Below are positions 17,288-26,429 of a DNA stretch of 64,000 nt, piece after piece. Origin of the DNA: a virus; IMG/VR virus record IMGVR_UViG_3300018082_000009, positions 1,646 through 65,645 of that record. One strand, 5' to 3'. A program made the translations under genes and the position numbers. Numbering within the stretch: position 1 is the stretch's first letter; every line of letters starts with the position of its first letter. Below the pieces are notes generated by a model. That model had not been told where the DNA came from. It searched no databases and saw nothing but the letters and a program-made list of their open reading frames with translations.

Positions 17288-19219
17288 ATGGCTAAAACCG
17301 TTGATCTTCGCACGTATCTCCTGCTGGAGCGAGCCTTCGTCCGTCGTCTGCAACGGTCGTGGCGGATGCTTTCCGCCCCCACGTATGCCCTGATTACCCA
17401 AGCCTGTCTCGACCACAAGTGGGATGAAGCCCGCCGTCTTGTGCCAGAATTGGACATGACCGAGGTGGGCACGGAGAACCGCGAGTGGATTACCTACATG
17501 CTCCTCTCCTGCGCGGTCTTTGGTGCAGGCACCGTGAGGAAGGGGAGGCCGTCCTTTGTCGGTGTGGGCACCTTCGATACCTTCCTGAAGCAAGTCACCA
17601 ACAACATCCTGACTTATCTGGAACTGTCAGCCACGGCACAGGTGCAGGAAGAGGCCCTGCAATCAATTGCAGAAGACGAGGCCAAGACCAAGGCCCAGAA
17701 GCGAGAGTATGTCCGTGATAAGGCCGGGAGGTTTGCCGAAACCGAGGGAGATACCGCACAGGAAGAGAGCACGGATACCGCTATTGGCCTGATCCATAGG
17801 GGCGTGGTGCGGGTGCGAGATTTGAAGGGACGGGATCCCTATGCCTCTGAGCACCGCCAACTCTGGATGACGGATGCATTTGCGACCGAGCGGTTTCGGT
17901 ACAATCGCGGCAGGATTGTGTGGTTGGATACGCCGAATGCCGAGGATTATTTTGCCGTAGAGAACCACTTTGTCCATCGAGGGTGGCCGGTCATCGGACA
18001 CTTCGGCCAGACCCGTGGCAATCGGTTGCCGGAACCCACACCCACTCTTAAGTGGGATGAGCACAAGCACCCACGGGACAAGGAGGGGCAGTTTGCGGCG
18101 ACCGGGGCTACCACCGAGGTGCTGGACGTTACGGACCCAGAGGGCAGTGGGCCGGAGCGGTTGAAGTGGAGGACGTTGAGCAGGGAAGCCGGGGAGGCGT
18201 TCGATGTCTTCATGGAAGCCAAGACTGCCCATCGAGCCAACGTGAACAAGGCGACGGATCGGTTGGAGGAATACTCCAAGACGCACCCAGACGCCTCCGT
18301 AGAGGAGATAGAGGCCGAGATTTGGAGCGATCCCGAATACCTCCGGACGAAGAAGATCGCCCAAGCGGCTGAAAAAGCGAAGAACGAAGCGGACGCCAGA
18401 CTCCGGTATCAAGAACCGGAAATGATGAAGGAAATAGTCCGGAACGTGGCCTACGGCGTGGCCGTGGACATGGGCGTGGATCCCTACATCATCAGCGTAG
18501 TGCATAAGAACCCTCCTGAATTCATGGTTGGGGAGAGGCAGTTCACAGAAGCTGGCCATTACACGCCGTCCAGCCGGTTGATTGAACTGAATGCCAAGAA
18601 CATCGGGTATGCGGACACACCCATGTTGAAGGGCCTCGTGTCGCACGAGGTGTCGCACTTTATCTATCACCGGCTGAAGGACGAAGTCGAGCGGGAGAGT
18701 GAACGCTACAAGATGCAGTCGGATCATTACCACGACAAGAAGAATGCGTGGTTCTACGAACGATTTAATCAACCCGGCGAGTTTGGGCTCAGCGGGTATG
18801 GTCCCATTACCGTAAAGCCGGAGTGGCGGGAGCGAGTGGAACAGGAGTTCCCCGCCTCCGCTGTCTGGTCGAAGCTCTCTGGTGGTGAGATGTTCACCGG
18901 CATCTCCGATGAGATGAAGGCGGAGAACGGTCATAGCGCATACGCCAAGTCCTACTGGGAAAAATCCGCTGTGAATAAGGCGGGATCCTATGACAAGGCC
19001 ATCAACGAGACGGTGGCCGAGGACACCCGGTATCTGGTGCATGAGAAGAACAAGGGGAAGGGCGGAGCCGGGTGGCATGAGCCGTCCAAGCCGTCACCAG
19101 ACTCCCAGTGGTTAGCGTTCACCAAGGCCATGCACACGTGGTATTTGGAGGGCAGTGAGTTTCGACGGGCAGGCGTTGAGCGCATTCGGGCGGAGTATGC
19201 CAAGCGGAAGGCCATATGA
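17288..19219 (+). CDS. head-associated polyprotein: putative MuF N-terminal segment, tagged unknown module, tagged zincin metalloprotease
   Basis: Tags at 17702 and 18053; HEVSH (18644-18658) plus downstream NETVAE. Confidence 0.75.
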   Translation: MAKTVDLRTYLLLERAFVRRLQRSWRMLSAPTYALITQACLDHKWDEARRLVPELDMTEVGTENREWITYMLLSCAVFGAGTVRKGRPSFVGVGTFDTFLKQVTNNILTYLELSATAQVQEEALQSIAEDEAKTKAQKREYVRDKAGRFAETEGDTAQEESTDTAIGLIHRGVVRVRDLKGRDPYASEHRQLWMTDAFATERFRYNRGRIVWLDTPNAEDYFAVENHFVHRGWPVIGHFGQTRGNRLPEPTPTLKWDEHKHPRDKEGQFAATGATTEVLDVTDPEGSGPERLKWRTLSREAGEAFDVFMEAKTAHRANVNKATDRLEEYSKTHPDASVEEIEAEIWSDPEYLRTKKIAQAAEKAKNEADARLRYQEPEMMKEIVRNVAYGVAVDMGVDPYIISVVHKNPPEFMVGERQFTEAGHYTPSSRLIELNAKNIGYADTPMLKGLVSHEVSHFIYHRLKDEVERESERYKMQSDHYHDKKNAWFYERFNQPGEFGLSGYGPITVKPEWRERVEQEFPASAVWSKLSGGEMFTGISDEMKAENGHSAYAKSYWEKSAVNKAGSYDKAINETVAEDTRYLVHEKNKGKGGAGWHEPSKPSPDSQWLAFTKAMHTWYLEGSEFRRAGVERIRAEYAKRKAI

Positions 19220-22200
19220 TTCCCGAACCCATCACTATCGACGGTAAGTCAGGCACCGTTGTCTATCTGGACAACGAGTGGCATCCGGTATCTCCGGAGC
19301 AGGCCACGATGGCGAAGGTGTTGTTCAATGACGGCACCGCTTCGTTCTTCTTTGCGGAGGAGCCGTCGAAGCCCGAGGGCATCGGTGGCCTGACCCGGAA
19401 GTTCGATGAGGCTCAGCACCCCAGAGGGGAGGACGGGCGGTTCAAGGAAGCCTCCCAACCCCGTGTGTTCAATCGTCCATCGGATGTGAAGTCTTATGAG
19501 TCGTGGGGCGGTGGGACTCGATGGGGGTGGGTTGATCCTAAAACTGGTGAAACCACCGGGATGCTGTTGACCGGTGAGCCTATTCCACGTGAAGGGATTC
19601 CTCCGAAGCTGTATCACGTCACCACGAATGCCCCAGCCGTGGAGTCGTCAGGAGTGCTCCTTGGGCAGCTAGGCGACACAGGGTTGGGTGGAGGGCAGGC
19701 CCAAGGGGTGTCGTTCACGGCGAGCCCAGAGGATGCGGTGGTCATCCAGCGGGAGTTGCGGCGAGCCGTCAGGGTGGCCAGAGGGGAAGACCGTATTGAG
19801 GATCTAGACCGGTATGCGCGGGAGGATGAACAGGAAGCTGGACTGCCTCCGCACACGCTGGATGATGCGGTGCAGTTCGCCAAAGACCAGTGGGGACCGA
19901 ATCAGCAGTCGATTGAACACACTTTCATCTGGGACAAGGATCTGCCCGAGGACAAGCGAGGATATGTCGGTCCTCCGCCACCTCCCGAGGAACAGGAGCG
20001 GTTGCGTCGTAGTTCGATGAACGATGCGTTGAAAGCCTACCTGCAGATTCGTGGCAAGCACGATGTGGAATACCCGCTGCTGAAGAATCCACTGCTCTTC
20101 GGGCGGCAGGAGCATCTGGCGAAGCTGAAACCAGAGGACGTGCAGATTCTGGAAGCGTCTGCAGAAGACATTCCGCTTGAAGCCTTGGTCACCACCGGCT
20201 CCGACAAGTTCCTCCATGAAGTCCGGGTCTATGCGGATGTCCCGAGGCGGCGGAAGGCGGCACGGGATTATGTCCGTGAACCTGCAGGCACGTCTGAGGG
20301 TGGGCAGTTTGCCTCCACAGGGACATCAGGTGTCTCTGCCTCCGATCCCGTGTTGGCCGTACAGGCTAAGGCTGGGATTGCCGCCGTTGAGAAGCTGTTA
20401 CCCGAGGCCATCAAGACCGCCGAGTATTCTTCTGGAGAACCGCAGGACTGGGATTCGGTGTCCGAGGAAGGGCAGGAGGAGGCGTATCACAAATACGTTG
20501 AGAATGCCTATGACGACATAGAAGTGGACACGTCATCGTTGAGTATGGATATCAAAGATGACTTGAAGAAGGACAACCAGAAGGTCTTGGATGAAGCCGT
20601 GGAGGACGTGGAGCGGCAGTTGTCCTACGAGTCGTTCATAGACGAATTTGGGGCTCAACGGGCATTGCCTGTCGAAGGGGAACGGTATACCACCACCCAT
20701 GAGGGTGAGGTTCAAGAGTATGTGTATCCGGCCAAAGTAGAAGAACAGTTCCAATTAAAGAGGACGTTGGACATTGAGACGTTGGACTATGGCTACGGCG
20801 ACGATGAAGACGGTGTGGTGGCGTTGGATTGGGACAAGCTCCGGTTCACCAACGGACAGGAACTGAACGAAGACCAGAAGGAAATCGTCAGACGAGCGTG
20901 GGATACGGCATACGAGAAAGCCTTTGAAGACAAGTTCCAAGAGGAGCTTGATTCTGATAGCTACATGGAAAAAGTCTCGGAGATGCGGGATGAAGCCGCC
21001 AGAGAACAATGGAACAACCTCGATGACGATGAGAAGCTGCAGTACTTCCAAAACTATGTTTCTGGACGGTATGGTGGGCGCAATTGGCAGCGGCAGATGC
21101 GGGAGGGAGAGCCCAAAGAGTGGGTCACCGGAGTGGAGACGGGGAAACACTCCGATGAGAACTATGCCCGCACCCATGCCATTGCCCTGAAGCTGGCGGA
21201 GCTTCGCACGGAGCAAGTGCTGGAAGAGCGTGGGTTAACAGGAGCTAAGAAAAAGCCTGAGTATGAAATTCGGGAAGTGACGGTTGATTACGATTCAGGC
21301 AGCAAAATCGAATGGCACGTCTTCGACAAGGAATCTGGAAAGCTGATCACCGGCACGGATACTGAGGGTGGGGCCGAGGCGGATGCCGAGGAGTGGGCGA
21401 GGACTGAGCAGCTACGAGGGAACATCAAGACCCCCCAGATGATTTCTGATGTGTGGGACCAGTGGAAGCGGTCGTCCAGCGATGGGCTGTCGATGTCCGT
21501 GCAATTGGCTGCAGCCCGAGAGTTGGGCGGGCACCATCGGATGACCCCCGAGGAAGTCATTGAGGCCGAGGCAGAAGCCAAGCCGTATGGGGGTATCCCC
21601 GTCATCCAAGCCTATGTCCGAGCCCAGTGGGAAACCACGCAGATGGTGATGGATAAGGCAGGAGCCGACAAAATCGAGGTCTACCGTGGCTTGATGTTGC
21701 CCGGAAACATGGTCAATGCCACCACACGGGTGTATCTTGATGAAGCAGGTAACAAAGTCACCACTTCTAACATCACGACAGGCATCGACAAAGTTGTGAG
21801 TAGGCCCTATGTGGGTTTCGATTTTGACGGTGAACACTTCGTGGTGCATAAGGAGCGGCGAGAACCCAAGAGCATCACGGAAATCGCACCGGAGACGTGG
21901 CATCAGGTGGATGACGCCACAAAGGCTAAGGTGAAGGAGCAGTGGGACAAGGATGCGGCTGACACACTGGTGGATCCGGAGATAGCAGCGTTAGATCCGG
22001 AGCGGGGCAAGCAGATCATTGACAAGCTGTATCAAAAGCTGGGGGATGATGGTCGATTCGACCTGATGCACACGTATGCCGCGCAGGGTAGGATTACGCT
22101 CCCGAAGTTCGACCTTCTACCCTATGAGACGGATGAGGAAGCCATCGAACGCCGGTTGACCAATTATCTCGGTAGCTACAGCGGGAACACCTACGTGAGA

Positions 22201-22656
22201 CTCCCTGATTTGGTCCTGCAACGGTCGGGAGCCCAGTCCACGACGGGCACACCCTCTGTCGCCAACTCGTGGGGTGGTGTCGGGGGCTTGCCGGAGAATC
22301 CCACTCGTGTGGTCATCCGTATCGAGGCCCCACCCACATCGGTCTTCTCGCTCCCCGTCTACGGACAGAATTCGCAGGAAGAGCACGAGACGGTGGTGCT
22401 GGGCACCAAGGACAAGTGGCTGTGGGATGCATGGCAGCACCGAGCCCCCACGTTTGAGACGCACACTATCACGGGAGCACCGATGCCGAAGAAACCACTG
22501 GAAGTGGAGTGGCCCAAGCCTGTTGATTATGACACCGAGCAGGCCCTGAAGGCCGAGAAGAAGCCGCTCGTGATAGACATGCAGGCGGAAGACCGTGGCA
22601 AGCCCCACTGGATGAGCACGGTGGATTGGGCCAAGGTGGAAGAGACGGAGAAGTAA
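19216..22656 (+). CDS. head-associated polyprotein: tagged H-type ART-fold module, then tagged acidic region and R-S-E ADP-ribosyltransferase
   Basis: Tags at 19402 and 20257; LYHVT/GVSFT/HEVRV; YRG (21682), STT (22237), EEHE (22378). Confidence 0.75.
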   Translation: MIPEPITIDGKSGTVVYLDNEWHPVSPEQATMAKVLFNDGTASFFFAEEPSKPEGIGGLTRKFDEAQHPRGEDGRFKEASQPRVFNRPSDVKSYESWGGGTRWGWVDPKTGETTGMLLTGEPIPREGIPPKLYHVTTNAPAVESSGVLLGQLGDTGLGGGQAQGVSFTASPEDAVVIQRELRRAVRVARGEDRIEDLDRYAREDEQEAGLPPHTLDDAVQFAKDQWGPNQQSIEHTFIWDKDLPEDKRGYVGPPPPPEEQERLRRSSMNDALKAYLQIRGKHDVEYPLLKNPLLFGRQEHLAKLKPEDVQILEASAEDIPLEALVTTGSDKFLHEVRVYADVPRRRKAARDYVREPAGTSEGGQFASTGTSGVSASDPVLAVQAKAGIAAVEKLLPEAIKTAEYSSGEPQDWDSVSEEGQEEAYHKYVENAYDDIEVDTSSLSMDIKDDLKKDNQKVLDEAVEDVERQLSYESFIDEFGAQRALPVEGERYTTTHEGEVQEYVYPAKVEEQFQLKRTLDIETLDYGYGDDEDGVVALDWDKLRFTNGQELNEDQKEIVRRAWDTAYEKAFEDKFQEELDSDSYMEKVSEMRDEAAREQWNNLDDDEKLQYFQNYVSGRYGGRNWQRQMREGEPKEWVTGVETGKHSDENYARTHAIALKLAELRTEQVLEERGLTGAKKKPEYEIREVTVDYDSGSKIEWHVFDKESGKLITGTDTEGGAEADAEEWARTEQLRGNIKTPQMISDVWDQWKRSSSDGLSMSVQLAAARELGGHHRMTPEEVIEAEAEAKPYGGIPVIQAYVRAQWETTQMVMDKAGADKIEVYRGLMLPGNMVNATTRVYLDEAGNKVTTSNITTGIDKVVSRPYVGFDFDGEHFVVHKERREPKSITEIAPETWHQVDDATKAKVKEQWDKDAADTLVDPEIAALDPERGKQIIDKLYQKLGDDGRFDLMHTYAAQGRITLPKFDLLPYETDEEAIERRLTNYLGSYSGNTYVRLPDLVLQRSGAQSTTGTPSVANSWGGVGGLPENPTRVVIRIEAPPTSVFSLPVYGQNSQEEHETVVLGTKDKWLWDAWQHRAPTFETHTITGAPMPKKPLEVEWPKPVDYDTEQALKAEKKPLVIDMQAEDRGKPHWMSTVDWAKVEETEK

Positions 22657-24492
22657 ATGCCCCGGAACATGCGGCAATTGATTGCAACTGTCCGGGCCAT
22701 GCTCCGGCCCCCGTATGCCACGGTGCTCAAGTGGAGTGAGAGTCAGCCACGTGGCCCAAAGGGCTCTCCGACTGGTGGGCAGTGGGTGAAGGGTGGCGGG
22801 AATGCGTCGATGTACGGGACACGGATTCTTCCGTCGTCTACGGAAATTGATCGAATGCCGCAGGGCACCCCCAAAGTCATCGCTCGTGGGCGACACGCGG
22901 GGCGAGTAGGGCGAGAAGAGAGAGAACGCCGGGAAGAGCGTGAAGCAGCGGAAGCGAAGGCCAGTGGCGGGGTGGCTGGGTATGCCACCATCATGAATGC
23001 TCCCATGGGCACGGGATTCAAGAATCGCCCCCGAGCAGCGGGATTTGATCCCGCAAAAGTTGCACCACCACCCAAAGATCCTGTCAATAAAGAGGTATTG
23101 CATGCTCTCACCAATGCTGAGGTGAGTCGAGTAGTCAAGGGCCTCAATGACGGTGTGAACGTCTCCGTCAAGGTGGAGATGGACGACCCGAACCACACCA
23201 AGGCCGTGTACAAGCCAGAGGCCGGGGAGCAATGGGGTTCAGGCTTTGCCAACGGGCAAATCGAAGACTGCATTACCAACAAGGATTTCTCTCTCGCAGA
23301 GCGGGAGGCCATGGCTTCTGAGGTGGACCGAGCCCTTGGTCTAAAGTTGGTGCCCACGACGGTCCTCCGCACGTCTCTCGATGTTGAAGGTATGGATACC
23401 TCCAGTGAGAACGAGGTGGTCTGGGACACCTATGAACTGCGGGGGATGTACGACGAGTACAAGGAGAAGGCCCAAGAAGACGCCATGGATGCGGTCGGCG
23501 GCGAGATGGCTGACCTGTATCAGGAGGCCCAAGGCGAGCACGTCAAGGACATCGAGAACCGCGCCCAAGAGATGATGGACATCTGGAATGAGGAGGTCAA
23601 GGACTTCCCCGACGAAGGCCCCTACGGAGCCGTGGAGGAGCTACAGAGGCACCCCAAGCTCCCTATGGGGTCAGCCCAGTCCTTCAGGCGACAGGAGCCA
23701 CAGGAGAAGGCCCTGAACCCGCTGGAGGTGTTGGACGAGGCAGGCGTGGATGTCAGTGCAGGGATGAGCAACCACGAGAAGGACCGGGTCCGTGCCATCC
23801 TCCGCCAGCGGCTGGAGGAGGGGTATCAGGAACTAGCCGATGTGAGTCGGCAGGAAGCCCGTGACCACCTCGACTACGACCAGTGGATGGAAGAACATCA
23901 GGATACTGAAGGCCGGTTGTACGAGAGCAAGATCAAGACCTTTACCCGGTGGGCCGAGGATAACGGCTACAACCGGGGCGAGGGTGATTCTGATCGGGGA
24001 GACAGGAATTCCGAGGCCCCCCATCCCAATGGGGGTTCCCTCCAGCACTTCATCTCTGGGCTGGACGGGTATGGAAGCCCGTCCACGGATGACATCACCA
24101 AGCTGGCGGTGCTGGACTACGTTATCGGGACCATGGACCGCCACGGCGGCAACCTGATGTACCACGGGGATAGCCCAGTGGCCATTGACAACGGCTACAG
24201 CATGCCCGCCCCCAACGATCCGGATGAGCCCGACGACTTCACCTATCGGTCCCGTGCCGTCAGGGATTGGAGGGACGGAGGACGAGGGGTGGACGGTGTG
24301 TCTGAGGACCAGCGTGCGCCCATCCTGCAGGCCCTAGAAGCCACGGACTGGAAGGCACTGGCAGACCGCCATCCCAACATGTCTCAGGGGGAGCGAGACG
24401 CCTTCTTGGGGCGTGTGGAGCGTATGCGGGACGCTCTCCAGACGGATTTGGGCCTGTATCGGCTGTGGAAACAGCAGGATTTAATGGGTTAA
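22657..24492 (+). CDS. tagged PI3/PI4-kinase/HipA-like kinase with a large acidic insertion
   Basis: Tag at 22732; VYKP, EREAMA..VD..LG..LVPTTV, GSLQ, LDYVIG.MDRHGGN, IDNG. Confidence 0.85.
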   Translation: MPRNMRQLIATVRAMLRPPYATVLKWSESQPRGPKGSPTGGQWVKGGGNASMYGTRILPSSTEIDRMPQGTPKVIARGRHAGRVGREERERREEREAAEAKASGGVAGYATIMNAPMGTGFKNRPRAAGFDPAKVAPPPKDPVNKEVLHALTNAEVSRVVKGLNDGVNVSVKVEMDDPNHTKAVYKPEAGEQWGSGFANGQIEDCITNKDFSLAEREAMASEVDRALGLKLVPTTVLRTSLDVEGMDTSSENEVVWDTYELRGMYDEYKEKAQEDAMDAVGGEMADLYQEAQGEHVKDIENRAQEMMDIWNEEVKDFPDEGPYGAVEELQRHPKLPMGSAQSFRRQEPQEKALNPLEVLDEAGVDVSAGMSNHEKDRVRAILRQRLEEGYQELADVSRQEARDHLDYDQWMEEHQDTEGRLYESKIKTFTRWAEDNGYNRGEGDSDRGDRNSEAPHPNGGSLQHFISGLDGYGSPSTDDITKLAVLDYVIGTMDRHGGNLMYHGDSPVAIDNGYSMPAPNDPDEPDDFTYRSRAVRDWRDGGRGVDGVSEDQRAPILQALEATDWKALADRHPNMSQGERDAFLGRVERMRDALQTDLGLYRLWKQQDLMG

Positions 24493-24495
24493 CCG

Positions 24496-24504
24496 TGCTA
24501 TAAT
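24496..24504 (+). promoter_or_regulatory. extended -10 promoter for the small gene after the kinase
   Basis: Consensus TGCTATAAT 19 nt upstream of ATG 24523, with GAGG RBS. Confidence 0.6.
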
Positions 24505-24522
24505 AGGGCATGTGAGGAAATC

Positions 24523-24744
24523 ATGCATGTCAATTTGAACGATTATACGGAATTTGGCAAGGTCAAGCTGATGGCGACGATTCGGGTGTCGAAGGGTCAG
24601 CTTCAGGTGGAAGGCAAAATTCCACCGGGTATTCGTGGGGAATTGGAAGACCAGCACCAGCGGGTGACCGAGGATGAAGCGTTCCTCCGGTCCCTGCCCA
24701 AGGTCTTCTCCGGCACCTACGTCCGAGCGCAGTTCGTGGCCTGA
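24523..24744 (+). CDS. 73-aa protein, candidate immunity/antitoxin for the kinase
   Basis: Untagged, directly downstream of the kinase, has its own promoter. Confidence 0.6.
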   Translation: MHVNLNDYTEFGKVKLMATIRVSKGQLQVEGKIPPGIRGELEDQHQRVTEDEAFLRSLPKVFSGTYVRAQFVA

Positions 24745-25649
24745 TGCTCAGGATCCTGACGGAGCCCGTGCAATTAATTGCACCCTCGCTGGTGGGGGTG
24801 CTGAAGTACGCCCCTACGCAGACCCGAGCCCCCAAAGGCACGTCAACCGGAGGGCAGTTTACAGGTGATCCCACGCATGCCCGAACTGCTGATGTCACGC
24901 AGATGCAGTCGGCGTTTACTGGGGAAGCTGAGCGTATGGCCCCCGGTATCACGCCCCGAACTCCGGGACAACGTGCCACCGTGAAAGAACAGATCCAGCG
25001 GGAGTTGACGACGCGATTGTACGCACACTCGGCGTTTACAGGCATGTCACTGGAAGACGTGTCTGCTTGGGTTAAGGGTAAAATTGATTTGTGGGCGGAG
25101 ACATCAGGTGATAGTGACGTGGATGCCGGGGTCATGCAGTTGGCGGTCCAAGCGGAGTTTGGACTGCACGGTGCCGCCACGGACCACATTACGAGTGCCA
25201 TCAAACAAATGCACGGGGTGGGGATCAAGCTGCCGGAGAGAGAAGGCGCACGGCTCCGAGCCTTTGCACGCGCTGAGTATGAGCGCACGCAGGAGTGGTT
25301 CAAGTCTCAAGGCATTATGCACGTCACCGCGTTTCGGGGGATGGACGATCCTGATGATGCACTGGGCTACGGTTACGAAGACATCACGATGCAACCGGCG
25401 TCGTCATGGACCACAAATTTAGAGATTGCGTTTGCGTTCACGGCGGAGAAGGAGCGGCCCAAAATTCTCTCGGCGCGAGTTCCGGTATCTCAGGTGTTGA
25501 GTACGTGTGTGACCGGGCGTGGGTGTTTGATTGAGCATGAAATAATCCTGATGGGCAAGCCGCAACGCGCCCGTGTGTTTGGCGTGAGCGGGGATACGTT
25601 TTATGTGGATGGTCCTGAAGTCCAAAAGATTCGACGGACATTGGAATGA
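24744..25649 (+). CDS. tagged R-S-E ADP-ribosyltransferase
   Basis: Tag at 24807; FRG (25332), SSWTT (25401), IEHEII. Confidence 0.8.
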   Translation: MLRILTEPVQLIAPSLVGVLKYAPTQTRAPKGTSTGGQFTGDPTHARTADVTQMQSAFTGEAERMAPGITPRTPGQRATVKEQIQRELTTRLYAHSAFTGMSLEDVSAWVKGKIDLWAETSGDSDVDAGVMQLAVQAEFGLHGAATDHITSAIKQMHGVGIKLPEREGARLRAFARAEYERTQEWFKSQGIMHVTAFRGMDDPDDALGYGYEDITMQPASSWTTNLEIAFAFTAEKERPKILSARVPVSQVLSTCVTGRGCLIEHEIILMGKPQRARVFGVSGDTFYVDGPEVQKIRRTLE

Positions 25650-26344
25650 ACATCGACGCTATCCTCACGAACGCCGATTGGCCGAAGCGGACTCCAGACA
25701 AGTTTGCGGATCTGGTCCAAAAGTACGATCCCAATCAGCCCCGTGGACCGAAGGGCTCACCAGAGGGCGGGCGGTTCACCAAGGCTCAGATGGCGTTTCT
25801 GGAGCAACATGGGGTGCAACGCCGAGGCACACCCGCCGCTGAGATGCAACGGGAGCCCTTGCCGAAGACACTGGCAGAGGCCGAGGATCGCATTCGGAAT
25901 GAACCCAACGAACATGCGTTTCTGATCCGAGATGGGAAACCCGTCAAGGTCACAGGTGATGACGATTCGCACCACATTCGGATGGGGGGCATGACGGAGG
26001 CGGATCTGAAGGATGTCGTGTTCACGCATAACCATCCGTCTGGGTTTGGGCTGAGTAACAAGGACGGGATTTCAGCCGCTCGTTTCAATATGCTGGAGAT
26101 GCGGGCGGTGACAAATCTCGGTACTCATATCATTCGACGGACAGGGACGGAGTGGCCCCCGAATTTTGCGGAGGAGTTGAAGGAACTAGACGGCATGCTT
26201 CGTGGCATGTTGGGCATGCAGATCCATGATCAGGAAATTACCGCTGACGAAGCGAATGCGCTGCATCATTTTCTCATTTACGAGCGATTGCAGAAGAAAC
26301 TAGGCGGCTTCGTGTTCACTCATGAGTCCAAGGGTCATGGCTAA
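25646..26344 (+). CDS. tagged JAB/MPN (RadC-like) metalloenzyme
   Basis: Tag at 25724; NEH...THNHPSG..LS.KD, EMRAV. Confidence 0.8.
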   Translation: MNIDAILTNADWPKRTPDKFADLVQKYDPNQPRGPKGSPEGGRFTKAQMAFLEQHGVQRRGTPAAEMQREPLPKTLAEAEDRIRNEPNEHAFLIRDGKPVKVTGDDDSHHIRMGGMTEADLKDVVFTHNHPSGFGLSNKDGISAARFNMLEMRAVTNLGTHIIRRTGTEWPPNFAEELKELDGMLRGMLGMQIHDQEITADEANALHHFLIYERLQKKLGGFVFTHESKGHG

Positions 26345-26429
26345 GGGGCTGTGGCTTCTGACCCTCCCATTCTTCTTAGGCTGTGCTTTGTTCGTGACCG
26401 TGCGGGAACTGGTGAGACATGACTCCTGA
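26337..26429 (+). CDS. 30-aa single-TM peptide
   Basis: MAKGLWLLTLPFFLGCALFVTVRELVRHDS; overlaps both neighbouring genes. Confidence 0.35.
   Translation: MAKGLWLLTLPFFLGCALFVTVRELVRHDS

Noticed and set aside
21700-24030. Large insertions in the ART and kinase as possible inteins
   Set aside because: No N-terminal Cys/Ser block or C-terminal His-Asn, and no LAGLIDADG motifs.
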